A program made the position numbers and the translations under genes. From NCBI GenBank assembly GCA_951406725.2, contig OX597820.1:34162001-34226000 (forward strand): a DNA stretch of 64,000 nt, in the 5' to 3' direction. Of the stretch, positions 27,208-38,732 are shown piece after piece. How positions within the stretch are numbered: position 1 is the stretch's first letter; every line of letters begins with the position of its first letter. The DNA is from Octopus vulgaris (Eukaryota). Under the pieces are notes generated by a model. That model ran no database searches. It was not told where the DNA came from and saw only the letters and a program-made list of their open reading frames with translations.

Positions 27208-27722
27208 TACTACATAACGAGGAGAACACAAACACAAACTATACCTACATAACGAGAACACAAACACAAACTGTACCTACATAACAAGGAGAACACAAAC
27301 ACAAACTGTACCTACATAACAAGGAGAACACAAACACAAACTGTACCTACATAACAAGGAGAACACAAACACAAACTGTACCTACATAACCAGGAGAACA
27401 CAAACACAAACTGTACCTACATAACAAGGAGAACACAAACACAAACTGTACCTACATAACCAGGAGAACACAAACACAAACTGTACCTACATAACAAGGA
27501 GAACACAAACACAAACTGTACCTACATAACAAGGAGAACACAAACACAAACTGTACCTACATAACAAGGAGAACACAAACACAAACTATACCTACATAAC
27601 CAGGAGAACACAAACAAAAACTATACCTACATAACAAGGAGAACACAAACACAAACTATACCTACATAACCAGGAGAACACAAACACAAACTATACCTAC
27701 ATAACGAGGAGAACACAAACAC
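27208..27722. repeat. 35-bp minisatellite, about 14.5 copies
   Basis: Unit ACATAACAAGGAGAACACAAACACAAACTGTACCT; period checked at 27306/27341. Confidence 0.95.
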
Positions 27723-28756
27723 ACTATACAAAGAAAATCTAAGATATCTCTCTTTACCTCGCATGCTTTATGAATTATATTATTCATACCAGCCTGTCGT
27801 GGTTTTGGTTATATACAAAGTAACGGTAAGTAAATGTTTGTTTACAACTTCGATCACTGTTCTTCTTTCATCTTGTACATCTGCACCATCAGCACCCGTT
27901 ACAAATGGTAACTGCCGACTGCAACAATTATCATAATACATACCATTACAATTGGTGACCACTGACTCCATCTAACATACAGTTACAATTATTCTTTCGT
28001 GATCTCCAGCTACTACTACTACTACTACTACTACTGCCTCTGCCGCTGCTGCTGCTGTTGTTGTTAAGCAACAAGACGGGTAAGGGTGATTAGGTGATGG
28101 TCTAGGGCTTAGGGGCGGGAGACCCCAGACCTTGGAAAAAAAAACTTTGGTCGTCTTGTTGTAGTCGAGGGCTCTTCGTTGACGCCCGACACCACTAGGA
28201 GGTGGCCCTCGAAGTCGCTGGAAATGGAGATCTCCAGGTCCAAATTCTTGAACGGCTGCTGCTGCTGCTGATGATGATCATGATGATGTCATTGCTACTG
28301 TTGTTACTGATGTTGTTGCTGCTGCTGCTACTACTCCTGTTGGTATTGTTGCTGTTGCTCTAGTTGTTGTCCGAGTAGTCACAGCACACTAACTGACCGT
28401 TCGACAAAAGTGAGACCTAAAGAAAAATATGAATGAAAACGCTGATAGAAGTTACAAACTGAAATAGAGGCATTTCACAAAAGCGAAACTAATATAGGTA
28501 AACACTTGTGTCGCATACTAATTATTTCCAGTAAGATAAAAAATAATATAAAAAAAACGAGGAATTTTCAGAAAAGTTTTGCGAATTTATGTTCTATACT
28601 CAGGAATTCATACAAATATGCAAAAGTTAAAATAATTTATTTTTGTGATTTATGTGCTATTTAGCTGTAATTTTTAGCACATCTCACGACTGCTTGATAC
28701 CTTCCTCGTTTCTTTGTCACTTTGACGTATTTATGTTTTTCAATATTTTCTCACTA

Positions 28757-29420
28757 AGGCAGCGAGTTGGCAGAAACGTTAGCACACCGGGCGAAATGCT
28801 TAGCGATATTTCGTATGTCTTTACGTTTTGAGTTCAAATTCCGCGGAGGTCGACTTTGCTTTCATTCTTTCGGGGTCGATTAAATAAGTACCAGTTACGC
28901 AGTGGGGTCGATGTTATCGACTTAAGCCCTTTGTCTGTCCTTGTTTGTCCCTTCTGTGTTTAGCTCCTTGTGGGCAATAATGAATTAAGAAACGTTAGCA
29001 CACCGGGCGAAATGCTTAGCAATATTTCGTCTGTCTTTACGTTGTGAGTTCAAATTCCGCCGAGGTCGACTTTGCCTTTCATCCTCTCGTGGTCGATATA
29101 TTAAGTACCAGTTGTGTACTGGGGTCGATCTGATCGACTGGCGCCCTCCCTACCCCAAAATTTCGGGCCTTATGTCTAGAGTAGAAAAGAATATTTTTCT
29201 CTTCATTAAGGCAGCGAGCTGGCGGAAACGTTAGCACTCCGGGCGAAATGCTTAGCGGTATTTCGTCTCTTTATGTTCTTTGTTCAAATTCCGCCGAGGT
29301 CGACTTTGCCTTTCATCCTTTTGGGATCAATAAATTAAGTACCAGTTGCGTACTGGGGTCGATCTAATCGACTGCTACCCTCCCAACAACTTTCTGGCCT
29401 TGAGCAGAAAAGAATATTTT
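28757..29420 (+). mobile_element. Tandem run of three SINE C (MetaSINE-like) units
   Basis: Heads/cores repeat at about 28757, 28988 and 29208. Confidence 0.8.
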
Positions 29421-29557
29421 TCTCCCAATAAACACATTCAATGGTCTGCTGCTGGAATTTTGAAAAATTTGCACTGTCTATATCTTAAACTGATTTAAAA
29501 AAGAAAATCGAATTATTACGTTTTTTTTTTAATTCGAAAAATTAATTTTTTTTTTCA

Positions 29558-29721
29558 TAGGCGTAGGAGTGGCTGTGTGGTAAGTAGCTTGCTTACCAGC
29601 CATATGGTTCCGGGTTCAGTCCCACTGCGTGGCACCTTGGGCAAGTGTCTTCTACTATAGCCTCGGGTCGACCAAAGCCTTGTGAGTGGATTTGGTAGAC
29701 GGAAACTGAAAGAAGCCTGTC

Positions 29722-29800
<79 letters not shown>

Positions 29801-29992
29801 TCCCCCCAACATCGCTTGACAACCGATGCTAGTGTGTTTACGTCCCCGTCACTTAGCGGTTCGGCAAAAGAGACTGACAGAATAAGTACTTGGCTTACAA
29901 AGAATAAGTCCTGGGGTCGATTTGCTCGACTAAAGGCGGTGCTCCAGCATGGCCACAGTCAAATGACTGAAACAAGTAAAAGAGTAAAAGAG
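29558..29992 (+). mobile_element. SINE family A, full-length young copy
   Basis: Complete head AGGCGTAGGAGTGGCTGTGTGGTAAG through tail AAGTAAAAGAGTAAAAGAG; CpGs retained. Confidence 0.9.
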
Positions 29993-30603
29993 TCGTATGT
30001 GTAGAACACAAATTTGCAAACATTTTCTGAAAATCCCCCAAAATAAAAGTTACGAGGGGCTATATGGGGTGCTAAAACCAGAATTCTGCCCAAAATTTAA
30101 TTTGATCCACAGTAATTAATAGTGTTGATGCTCAGTATATACCATGGCTCCACAGCAATTTTGCTCATGAAAGCTTTGACTTTGCCAAGGGGGATAACTC
30201 TCATTAAATGAGGGGTCTTGAATTTATAAGAGAAAGTAAAAATTTAAAATACGAACAATTAGTGAAAAACAATTTAATCATTTTAATAACAATTAACAGT
30301 ATTGTATAAAACGAAAAGAAAATTTGCGATGATATTGACATTTATTGGCATATATGCGTGTGAGACATAAGAAAAACTTATAAAAATTAAGTCAAAATTA
30401 AAAAAATAAAAAAACAAATATATTTGAGAAAATTCGTTCTCACACCGTGTAACAAAAGGCTATGATCAGAGACGTTCCAGGTTTTCTCATCCCGTATTTT
30501 CTGTACACACCATCAACTATAACTCATAGGTAACAAAGCAAATACTCAAACACACTCACACACGTACGCACGCACACATACATATAAAAGAATATATCAC
30601 AGC

Positions 30604-30696
30604 ATGGCACCTTGGGCAAGTGTCTTCTACGATAGCCTCGGGCCGACCAAGCCTTGTGAGTGGATTTGGTAGACGGAAACTGAAAGAAGCCCGTCG

Positions 30697-30729
<33 letters not shown>

Positions 30730-30937
30730 GTGTGTTTGTGTGTCTGTGTTTGTCCCCCTGGCATTGCTTGACAGCCGATGCTGGTGTGTTTATGTCCCCG
30801 TCACTTAGCGGTTCGGCAAAAGAGACCGATAGAATAAGTACTGGGCTTACAAAAGAATAAGTCCCGGTGTCGAGTTGCTCGATTAAAGGCGGTGCTCCAG
30901 CATGGCCGCAGTCAAATGACTGAAACAAGTAAAAGAG
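30604..30937 (+). mobile_element. SINE family A, 5'-truncated
   Basis: Matches the 29558 copy from GGCACCTTGGGCAAG onward. Confidence 0.85.
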
Positions 30938-31036
30938 TATATGTATGTATATATATATATAATTTAATAAATAAAATATATGCATACATACATACATACA
31001 TATATGTACGTACCTACATCTACATGTATATATACA

Positions 31037-31122
<86 letters not shown>

Positions 31123-31473
31123 TACAGGACACAACAAATAAACGTGGAACACAACGAGAAACGAAAACATAAAAACAACTAGGAAACGGACTTTTTTTAA
31201 CAACGAAAAAACAGAGTACAAGACAAACAATACAAGGAATATTCCCCTTCATCAGCTATATAGCTCCACAACGCTCCGGCAGGGGGTGGTGGCGATCCCC
31301 GCTGTACTCTTTCGCCACAACTTTCTCTCATTCTTTCTTCTTTTGGCCTGCTCGCTTAGCCATCGGGGTGGCGTCATTTGAAGGCTAAAACAATGTGAAG
31401 CGCATTGTGACCAGCGATGTGTAGCAAAATCTGATAGTCTCGTCGGTCAGGTGATCACGCTGATATATATATT

Positions 31474-31760
31474 GTGGAGGCGCAAGGGCCCAGTGGTTAG
31501 GGCAGCGGATTCGCGGTCGGAGGATCGCGGTTTCGATTCCCACACCCGGTGTTGTGTGTGTTTATTGAGCGAAAACACCTAAAGCTCCACGAGGCTCCGG
31601 CAGGGGTTGGTGGCGACCCCTGTTGTACTCTTTCGCCCCAACTTTCTCTCACTCTTTCTTCATGTTTCTTGAGTAACGCTGCGATGGACTGGCGTCCCGT
31701 CCGGTTGTGGGGAAAACATGCACCACAGAAACCGGGAAACCAGGCTAGGCTTGAAAAGGA

Positions 31761-31762
<2 letters not shown>
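31474..31762 (+). mobile_element. SINE family B; a partial body copy precedes it at 31260-31460
   Basis: tRNA-like head GGCCCAGTGGTTAG...GGTTTCGATTCCC. Confidence 0.8.
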
Positions 31763-31813
<51 letters not shown>

Positions 31814-31814
31814 T

Positions 31815-31965
31815 TGTCTACTCTAGGGACAAGGCCCAAAATTTTTGGGGTAGGGGACCAGCCGATTAGATCGACCCCAGTACGCAACTGGTACTTAATT
31901 TATCGACCCCGAAAGGACGAAAAGCAAAGTCAACCTCGGCGGAATTTGAACTCAAAACGTAAAGA
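31815..31965 (-). mobile_element. SINE family C fragment
   Basis: Reverse complement of the Meta core and B box. Confidence 0.7.
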
Positions 31966-32059
31966 TAGACGAAGATTAGGGAGGCTGTTGTCCACGTCGT
32001 CTGCACACTCGTTCGTGGCTGATAAGGCCGATGTGGGATCGACATATCCGATTGCAATG

Positions 32060-33150
32060 ATGACATAGTTATAGTTGTCCAGGGTCTGATGATGCAGCTG
32101 TATTATTTTTTCGCCTCTGACTTTTGTCTTCAAGTGAAGTAATGTGAAAGATCTCAAAGAAGGAAGCAGTATCGCTGATGGTACGACGCCAAGCAACACG
32201 ATCAGCTGTTAGAGTGGACCACTCACGATAATCAATGTCACAAACGCTAAGGGGCTGCTTCAGGCAGTCCTTGTAACGCTCCTTTTGTGCTCCCTGTTGC
32301 GGTGGCCGCCATTCAGGCAGACTTGTCCTTGCTGGCTGGATAATCATGGTTAGGAATTTTGGGGGACAGTCAAGTCAGTTTGGGATCTTCCACAGACCTT
32401 CCCTGCTTACAGCGTCGAACGCTTTCGTCAGATCGCCAAATGTTACACAAGATGGTTTGTTTTGCTCCCGGTACTTTTCTTAGAGCTGCCTGAGAACGAA
32501 AGCCATATCTTTTGTACTCCTGTTGACTCTGAAACCACATTGGCTTTCTGGAAGATGATTTCCGGCAATGGACAGAACAAGCCTGTTGAGGAGTAATCTT
32601 GCTAGAACTTTTCCTGCATTGATCCCCCGGTAATTTGAGCAGTCTGACTTTTCCCCTTTGTTTTTGTATAGTGGAATGATGACAATATTGTGGAGATCTT
32701 GTCGCAGCTTTCCCTGTTCCCAGCATGCAACGAGGAGCTCATGGAGTTTAGCATGTATGTCAGGACCCCCATACTTCATTTATTTCTGATGGTATGTCAT
32801 CGACTCCTGCTGTCTTTCTGCTCTTCAGCCAGCCTATGGCAAGTCTGGTCTCTTCAAGGGCTGGGGGCTCATCTAATTCCATACTGACTGGTTGTTGCTG
32901 AATATGGAGGATTGCTTTTTCCTGGACAACTCGGACTGCACTGAAGAGGGCTTGAAAATATTCAGACCAGCGGTTGAGGATAGATGCTATGTCTGTGAGA
33001 AGTGCCTGGCCATCTGAGCTGCGCAGGGTACTCCGAGACTTGATGTGCTGGGCTGTAGACTGGTTTGAGAGCTTCATAGAACCCCTGTAGTCGTCAGAGT
33101 TAGCGCACAGGTGGGTTCTCTGTGCGAAGTTGGTCCACCACTCATTCTTA
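32060..33150 (-). mobile_element. Decayed, internally deleted RTE LINE fragment
   Basis: ILNRWSEYF, KTAGVDDIPSE, YKNKGEKSDCSNYRGI, LPESQCGFR and KERYKDCLK in broken frames. Confidence 0.8.
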
Positions 33151-33356
33151 ACTTCAGATTCTGAACTAAACGAAGTGAAAGTAAACTTCTAGGCACGACT
33201 ACAGGCAAAGCTTGATAAATCCAATCGCCCCTCAGATCCCGCTCCAGGAATTATTAAAGAAGAGGTCTGTCCACCAAGCACACCTGACCTGCCTAGAGAA
33301 GAAAGTGGCCTTTCGTCAACCCTGCAGCTCAAAGTCCGTGAAGTTCAGAATATATA

Positions 33357-33436
<80 letters not shown>

Positions 33437-33671
33437 TGCTACTTAAATATATATCTTTCTTTTTTTACACTTTAATTTAATACTTTTCAGCTTTCTTTGA
33501 ATTAGGACGAAAAGCAATTTTTGTAGCTCTATTCTTACCGTTCAATTTTGATTCATTTTGTTTAATGTTTTTGAAATTTCAATAAATATCACCTCTTTTC
33601 AGATATATGATCATGGAATGACAAGTAAGAAAGCAAAACAAAGAAAAATAAACTAATTTATTTGGAAATCC

Positions 33672-33749
<78 letters not shown>

Positions 33750-33929
33750 CGTCTGTCTGCCTGACTGCCTGTCTGTCTGTCTGCCTGTCTGTCTTTCTGC
33801 CTGTTTTTTGCATGTATGTATGTATGTATGTATGTATGTATGTATGTATGTATGTATGTATGTATATATGTATTATCTCTATGTGTGTGTATGTGTATGC
33901 GTACATTGATACATATATATATATATTTA

Positions 33930-36010
33930 GATGGAAAATCTTCTTGTTTTACAGAAAAAGGGTTCAACAAAATGTTCAAACTTAAAATCTTTCTTCAAAA
34001 AATTGTTTTGCCGAGAAAAAGTTTTAAAATGTTGAACCTTCAAAAGTTAGAAACTAGAATCGAAAAGATATATAAATTTTACTCGGCATTTTGTTGCACT
34101 TTTTGAAATGCTCGTCTCATTAGGAAACAAATCTTATTTTTAAAGGGTGGTGTGGGGGAAATACCACCATTTCAATCCTCCGTTATTAACAAATAAAGAT
34201 TAACTATATCATTTCTTTTAGAAGCACAAGGAGAAACATTTAATGGAGATTAAGGACCGAAGGAGACAAATAATAGAATGGAGGAGAGAAGAGAAAAATG
34301 AGGAGAGCAGAAACACGAAATAAAGGTAGGTCCAGGAAGAAGGATAATGAGCTGCTTGAAGAGGGAAGATGGAAGGAGGTGAATGATGGAATGAAGAAGA
34401 GAAAAGGAAAAGAAGGAAGATGAAAAGAGAAAAGGGAAAGAGATAGAGGAGAAGCATAATAGAGATAATAAGGATGATGACCCAGATATGAAGAGAAAGG
34501 ACTGAAAAATGGAATGGAGGAGAGAAAAGGAAAAGAAAGAGGTGGAACAGAAGAGAATAATTTATTATTAAAACTATTAGGTTATTCCGAAAATAATGGC
34601 CGCTCTAAGTGTTGTGTTTTGAAAAGCGATTTTATCATAGTATTTTTATTATATTTTAGGTGAATTTCGACATGCTTAATAATTTATGTATACTCTTTAA
34701 TAATGTTCTACTTATTTCAGACAGAAAACATTCTTGAAGCATAGGCGCCCTTAATTGTGAACATGACAAAAAAGGACCTTCGCTTACTGTTCTTGCGTGA
34801 GTTCAAGCTTGAGCACAATGCCCTCCAAACTGCTGCCAACATCAACAGAGCATGGGGAGAGGGGTCACAAGTGATTGCACAGTACGAAGGTTGTTTCAGA
34901 AATTCCGTAGTGGTGATGAGAGCCTTGAAGATGAAGAAGGTAGAGGACGGTCATGTAGTCTTGACTATGAAAAATTGTAAGCAATTGTTGAACGAAACCC
35001 ACAACAAAGTATCAGAAATTGTCTCAGGCACTTGGTGTCAGTATTGCAACGGTTTCACGTAATCTGCAGAAGATTTTTAAGGTGAAAAAGCTCGATAAAT
35101 GGGTACTGCATGAGCTCAATGAAAACCAATAAGTTCGGTGTTTTGAAGTGTGCTCGATGCTCTTTCTGCGAAACATAAGTGATCCTTTTCTTGACCGAAT
35201 AGTCACTTGTGACGAAAGGTGGATCCTTTATGATAACTGTAAACGATCAGGTCAATGGCTTGATCGTAATGAGTCCCCCAAAGCCAAAGTTGCATCAGCA
35301 AAAGATTATGGTGACTGTCTGGTGGTCTGCAATTGGTGTTGTCCATTACAGCTTTCTGGAAGCCAATCAGAGCATTACAGCAGAGGTTTACGGCAATTAA
35401 CTCGCTGAAATGCATGCTCACTTGCAAAAAATGAGACCTGCATTGGTGAATCGGCGTGGCCCAATTCTGCTCTACGATAATGCAAAGGCACATGTCGCAA
35501 GAATGACGCTGCAGAAAGTCACAGATTTGGGACACGAGACTTTACCACATCCTTCATATTCTCCTGATCTTTCACCCACTGACTACCATTTTAAAGCATT
35601 TAAACACGTTTTTAAGTAAAAAAAACTTTCAGGTCTAAACCAGAGGGGGAATCAGCTTTCAAAAATTTCTTAGCATCAAAGCCAATAAGTTTTTATCAAC
35701 GAGGCATAAATAATCTCGTTGATCGATGGCAGAGATGCATACATGTTCACGGCTCATACTTTGACTAATCAAACATTTCTGTTGTTAATTTTTCCAGAAT
35801 AAAATTGTTTCTGAAATCGGTCATTATTTTCAGAACAACCTAATATATATTTTTTTTCAAAAAGTGCAACAAAATGCCAATTAATTTTTTTTATTTTTTC
35901 GATTCTTGTCTCTAATTTTTGAAGGTTCGACATTTTAAACTTCTTTCTGTAAAACAATAATTAAAAAAAAAATTTAAACATTTAAAATTTGAGGAAATTT
36001 TTCCATTTAA
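33930..36010. repeat. Pair of long imperfect inverted repeats (about 33930-34110 and 35850-36010); foldback/MITE-like element enclosing the mariner copy
   Basis: TTTAAAATGTTGAACCTTCAAAAGTTAGAAACTAGAATCGAAAA...GGCATTTTGTTGCACTTTTTGAAA is mirrored on the opposite strand near 35856-35940. Confidence 0.65.
34577..35843 (+). mobile_element. Full-length (1267 bp) mariner transposon with pseudogenised transposase
   Basis: TIRs TTAGGTTATTCCGAAAATAATGGCCG / CGGTCATTATTTTCAGAACAACCTAA with TA TSDs. Motifs WVLHEL, VTCDERWILYDN, LLYDNA, HPSYSPDLSPTDYH; several stops and frameshifts. Confidence 0.92.
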
Positions 36011-36949
36011 ATTTCTTGTTTTTAAAGATTATATTAGATCTTATCTAGATTATCATTGAAGTACCATTGCCATCGTTAGCCCAATTTCTGGTTCAGCCCC
36101 ATACCACGTTGAGGTGATGACTGGTTTTTGCTGTGCACTTTTTTGCCCCTAGGATGTTTGACCACATCATCATGTAAACATTGAGGATCTTCTCTCTCTC
36201 TCCTCATACTCCTGTACCGTTGTTTCCTTCATATTGGTGATGTGGTGTTGCATCGTCTGGCTGTAGTTCAACTAGCTGTCTAACGGCATTCTGCCGGGTT
36301 ATCTGTGGGTAAGCACTTCAACCTCCTTATTTTTTGTGCACTGTATGAACTTGCGCAGGCCACTTATCGAGTTGTTGTGCCTCTCTTCCATTCTGTCTTC
36401 TAGTGTATTGTTCCAAAATCTGTCTAAATTTAGTACTGGTTGTTGTGAAGCGTGCTTTTATTTCGTCGTTTGTTTGTTATAGGATACAAACTCTGTTGAA
36501 GGGTAGGGTTTTCAGATAAATGCAACTCATGTCGTACGACTTATCACATGGATTGAAGAATAGGGTGTGGAAAAGATTAGTGTCATTTATAACTGTTATA
36601 CTATTTTCTATCCTATCATTTCTCTGGTTACCATCTTCTTGGTTGCCCCTGATGTTATTGTTATTGGTGGTGGTGACAGTGGTAGTAGTGTTTCTATGTG
36701 TATTGTTGTTATCAGTGATGTCTGCATTGGTTTGCATGTTTTCCTAGTTGTTTTCGTCATTGTTGTTGTTGCTGCTGCTGCTGTTGCTGTTGAGCGAGCA
36801 GCTGCTGTTGAGCGAACGGTCTTCGCAAGATGGAAGAAGTCCGAAACGTGGTCCTTTGATATTCGTAAAACCCGCAGAAGAGAAAGCAGGTCAACCCCCG
36901 ACACCGAGAGCACCGACGGGTGGATGAATGCGCATCCAGGCTCAGCGGT

Positions 36950-37165
36950 TGCGTAGGAAGTCGGGGACAAGAAACAGGAAGGAAGATTGAGAGAAAGCTG
37001 GGGCGAAAGAGTACAACAGGGGTCATCATCACCCCCTGCCGGAGCCTCGTGGAGCTTTATGTGTTTTCGCTCAATAAACACACACAACGCCCGATCTGGG
37101 AATCGAAACCGCGATCCTCCGACATCGAGTCCGCTGCCCTAACCATTGAGCCATTGCGCCTCCAC
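36950..37165 (-). mobile_element. SINE family B
   Basis: Reverse complement of the 44888 copy. Confidence 0.8.
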
Positions 37166-37195
37166 TGCTGTTGCTGTCGTTACTATCCCTACTAC

Positions 37196-37588
37196 TATCG
37201 TTCTGACGGGAAGAGACCTGACGGTCTCACCTTGTGTCCCTGGTCGCAAGGCGGATGCCTTGTCTGGGATGTCACAGTTAGCGACTCCTTTGCTTCTTCT
37301 CACATCCTGGACGCTGCGGTCGGGGCGAGATCCACAGCTTCTGCGGCCGAGCGGAACAAAATCCTGAAATACCGCGATCTGTCGGCCAACTACATTTCCC
37401 ATCCTGTGGCGTTCGAGACGTTTGGTGGAGTCGGACCACTAACTGCGAGATTCCTGTCTTCAGTGGCAACTCGCCTAGCAGAGGTAACTGGTGAGGCTCG
37501 TGAGGATGCTTGGCTGTTCCTGCACACCAGCCTCGCCATCACCCGCCGCAACGCTGCAAGCGTGCTAGCGTGTCTCAATAGCCATTAG
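37196..37588 (+). mobile_element. 3' fragment of a restriction-like-endonuclease non-LTR retrotransposon (CRE/R2-group)
   Basis: RSDGKRPDG...LVWDVTV...AERNKILKY...PVAFETFG...SLAITRRNAASVL matches the PD-(D/E)xK RLE signature typical of CRE-like elements. Confidence 0.75.
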
Positions 37589-37654
37589 AAAGGTTTCCCA
37601 GCGGCCCCAACTTTTCAACACACGGTAGTGAATTGTTTGTTTTTTCCTCCTTGT

Positions 37655-37758
<104 letters not shown>

Positions 37759-38670
37759 ATTTTTTCAATTGTGTTCTCTGTTTTATCCAATTTTCTAGTT
37801 TGATTTTGTAAAACGGTAAACACTGTGAATGCAATAAAAATACACTAAACGAACTTTTGCTATATATGAAAAACATGTAAAATATTAAGACAATTGGCGA
37901 AAAATATCTATGATAAAATTCTAATTGATAGATATAAATTTTTATTAAAACAAATCACGCGGGTGAAGTAAATCTCGTTGTATGAAGAATCTACACATGC
38001 GGGTGGACACATAACACAAAGTGCAGTTGTCATGGTAACAAACTGTTAATGCCTCGCTGTCTGCTGATTGGCTGAAATTATCCAAATTTCCCTATCTTAA
38101 TTCCAAATAACATCAGATTCATTAATTTACGAGATAAATTAATTGGTTGATCGTAATAAAAATTCAGAGTTGCATTGATACGCCAAAACTGAAAGCAATC
38201 TGAGCAAAATTAAAAGGGGCTCATTTTGCGAATGCAAAAAAAAGAAATCCGCTATTGCTAATTAGGTATATTTCTGTCAATTAAATTCGTAATTACTTGG
38301 ATTAGTTTGAACTCACTTTCTCATAAAGATGGAGTTGTGGTTTCTCTCATGGGAAGCAACTCCATTTTCTATCATGGAGGTGAAGAGTCGGCTACATTGT
38401 TCTAGGGGAGATAATCCCAACGTCGACTGCATCTGTTTGCTTGTTTGTTCATAGAAGTTAGTGTGTGGAGAGATAACGAACGATAAATTCCTAATAAAAG
38501 TTTTTGCATGCATGTGTGAAACGAAGTAAAAATATAATATCAAGGCATTCTTTTGCCAATATTAAAACAAAAATATCTTTTTCCTACCTCTTAAAATCAC
38601 TGGATATCATAATTTTAGATTGCAAAATAATTTCCAATGTTTGGCGCCGAAATGGGTTTCATTTTTGTGT

Positions 38671-38727
<57 letters not shown>

Positions 38728-38732
<5 letters not shown>

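Noticed and set aside
27208-27722. CRISPR array (35-bp repeat)
   Set aside because: Head-to-tail units with no spacers; a simple minisatellite.
38025-38072. RFX X-box-like palindrome GTTGTCATGGTAAC plus CCAAT box as a promoter
   Set aside because: No associated gene start; a short motif in probable repeat-derived sequence.
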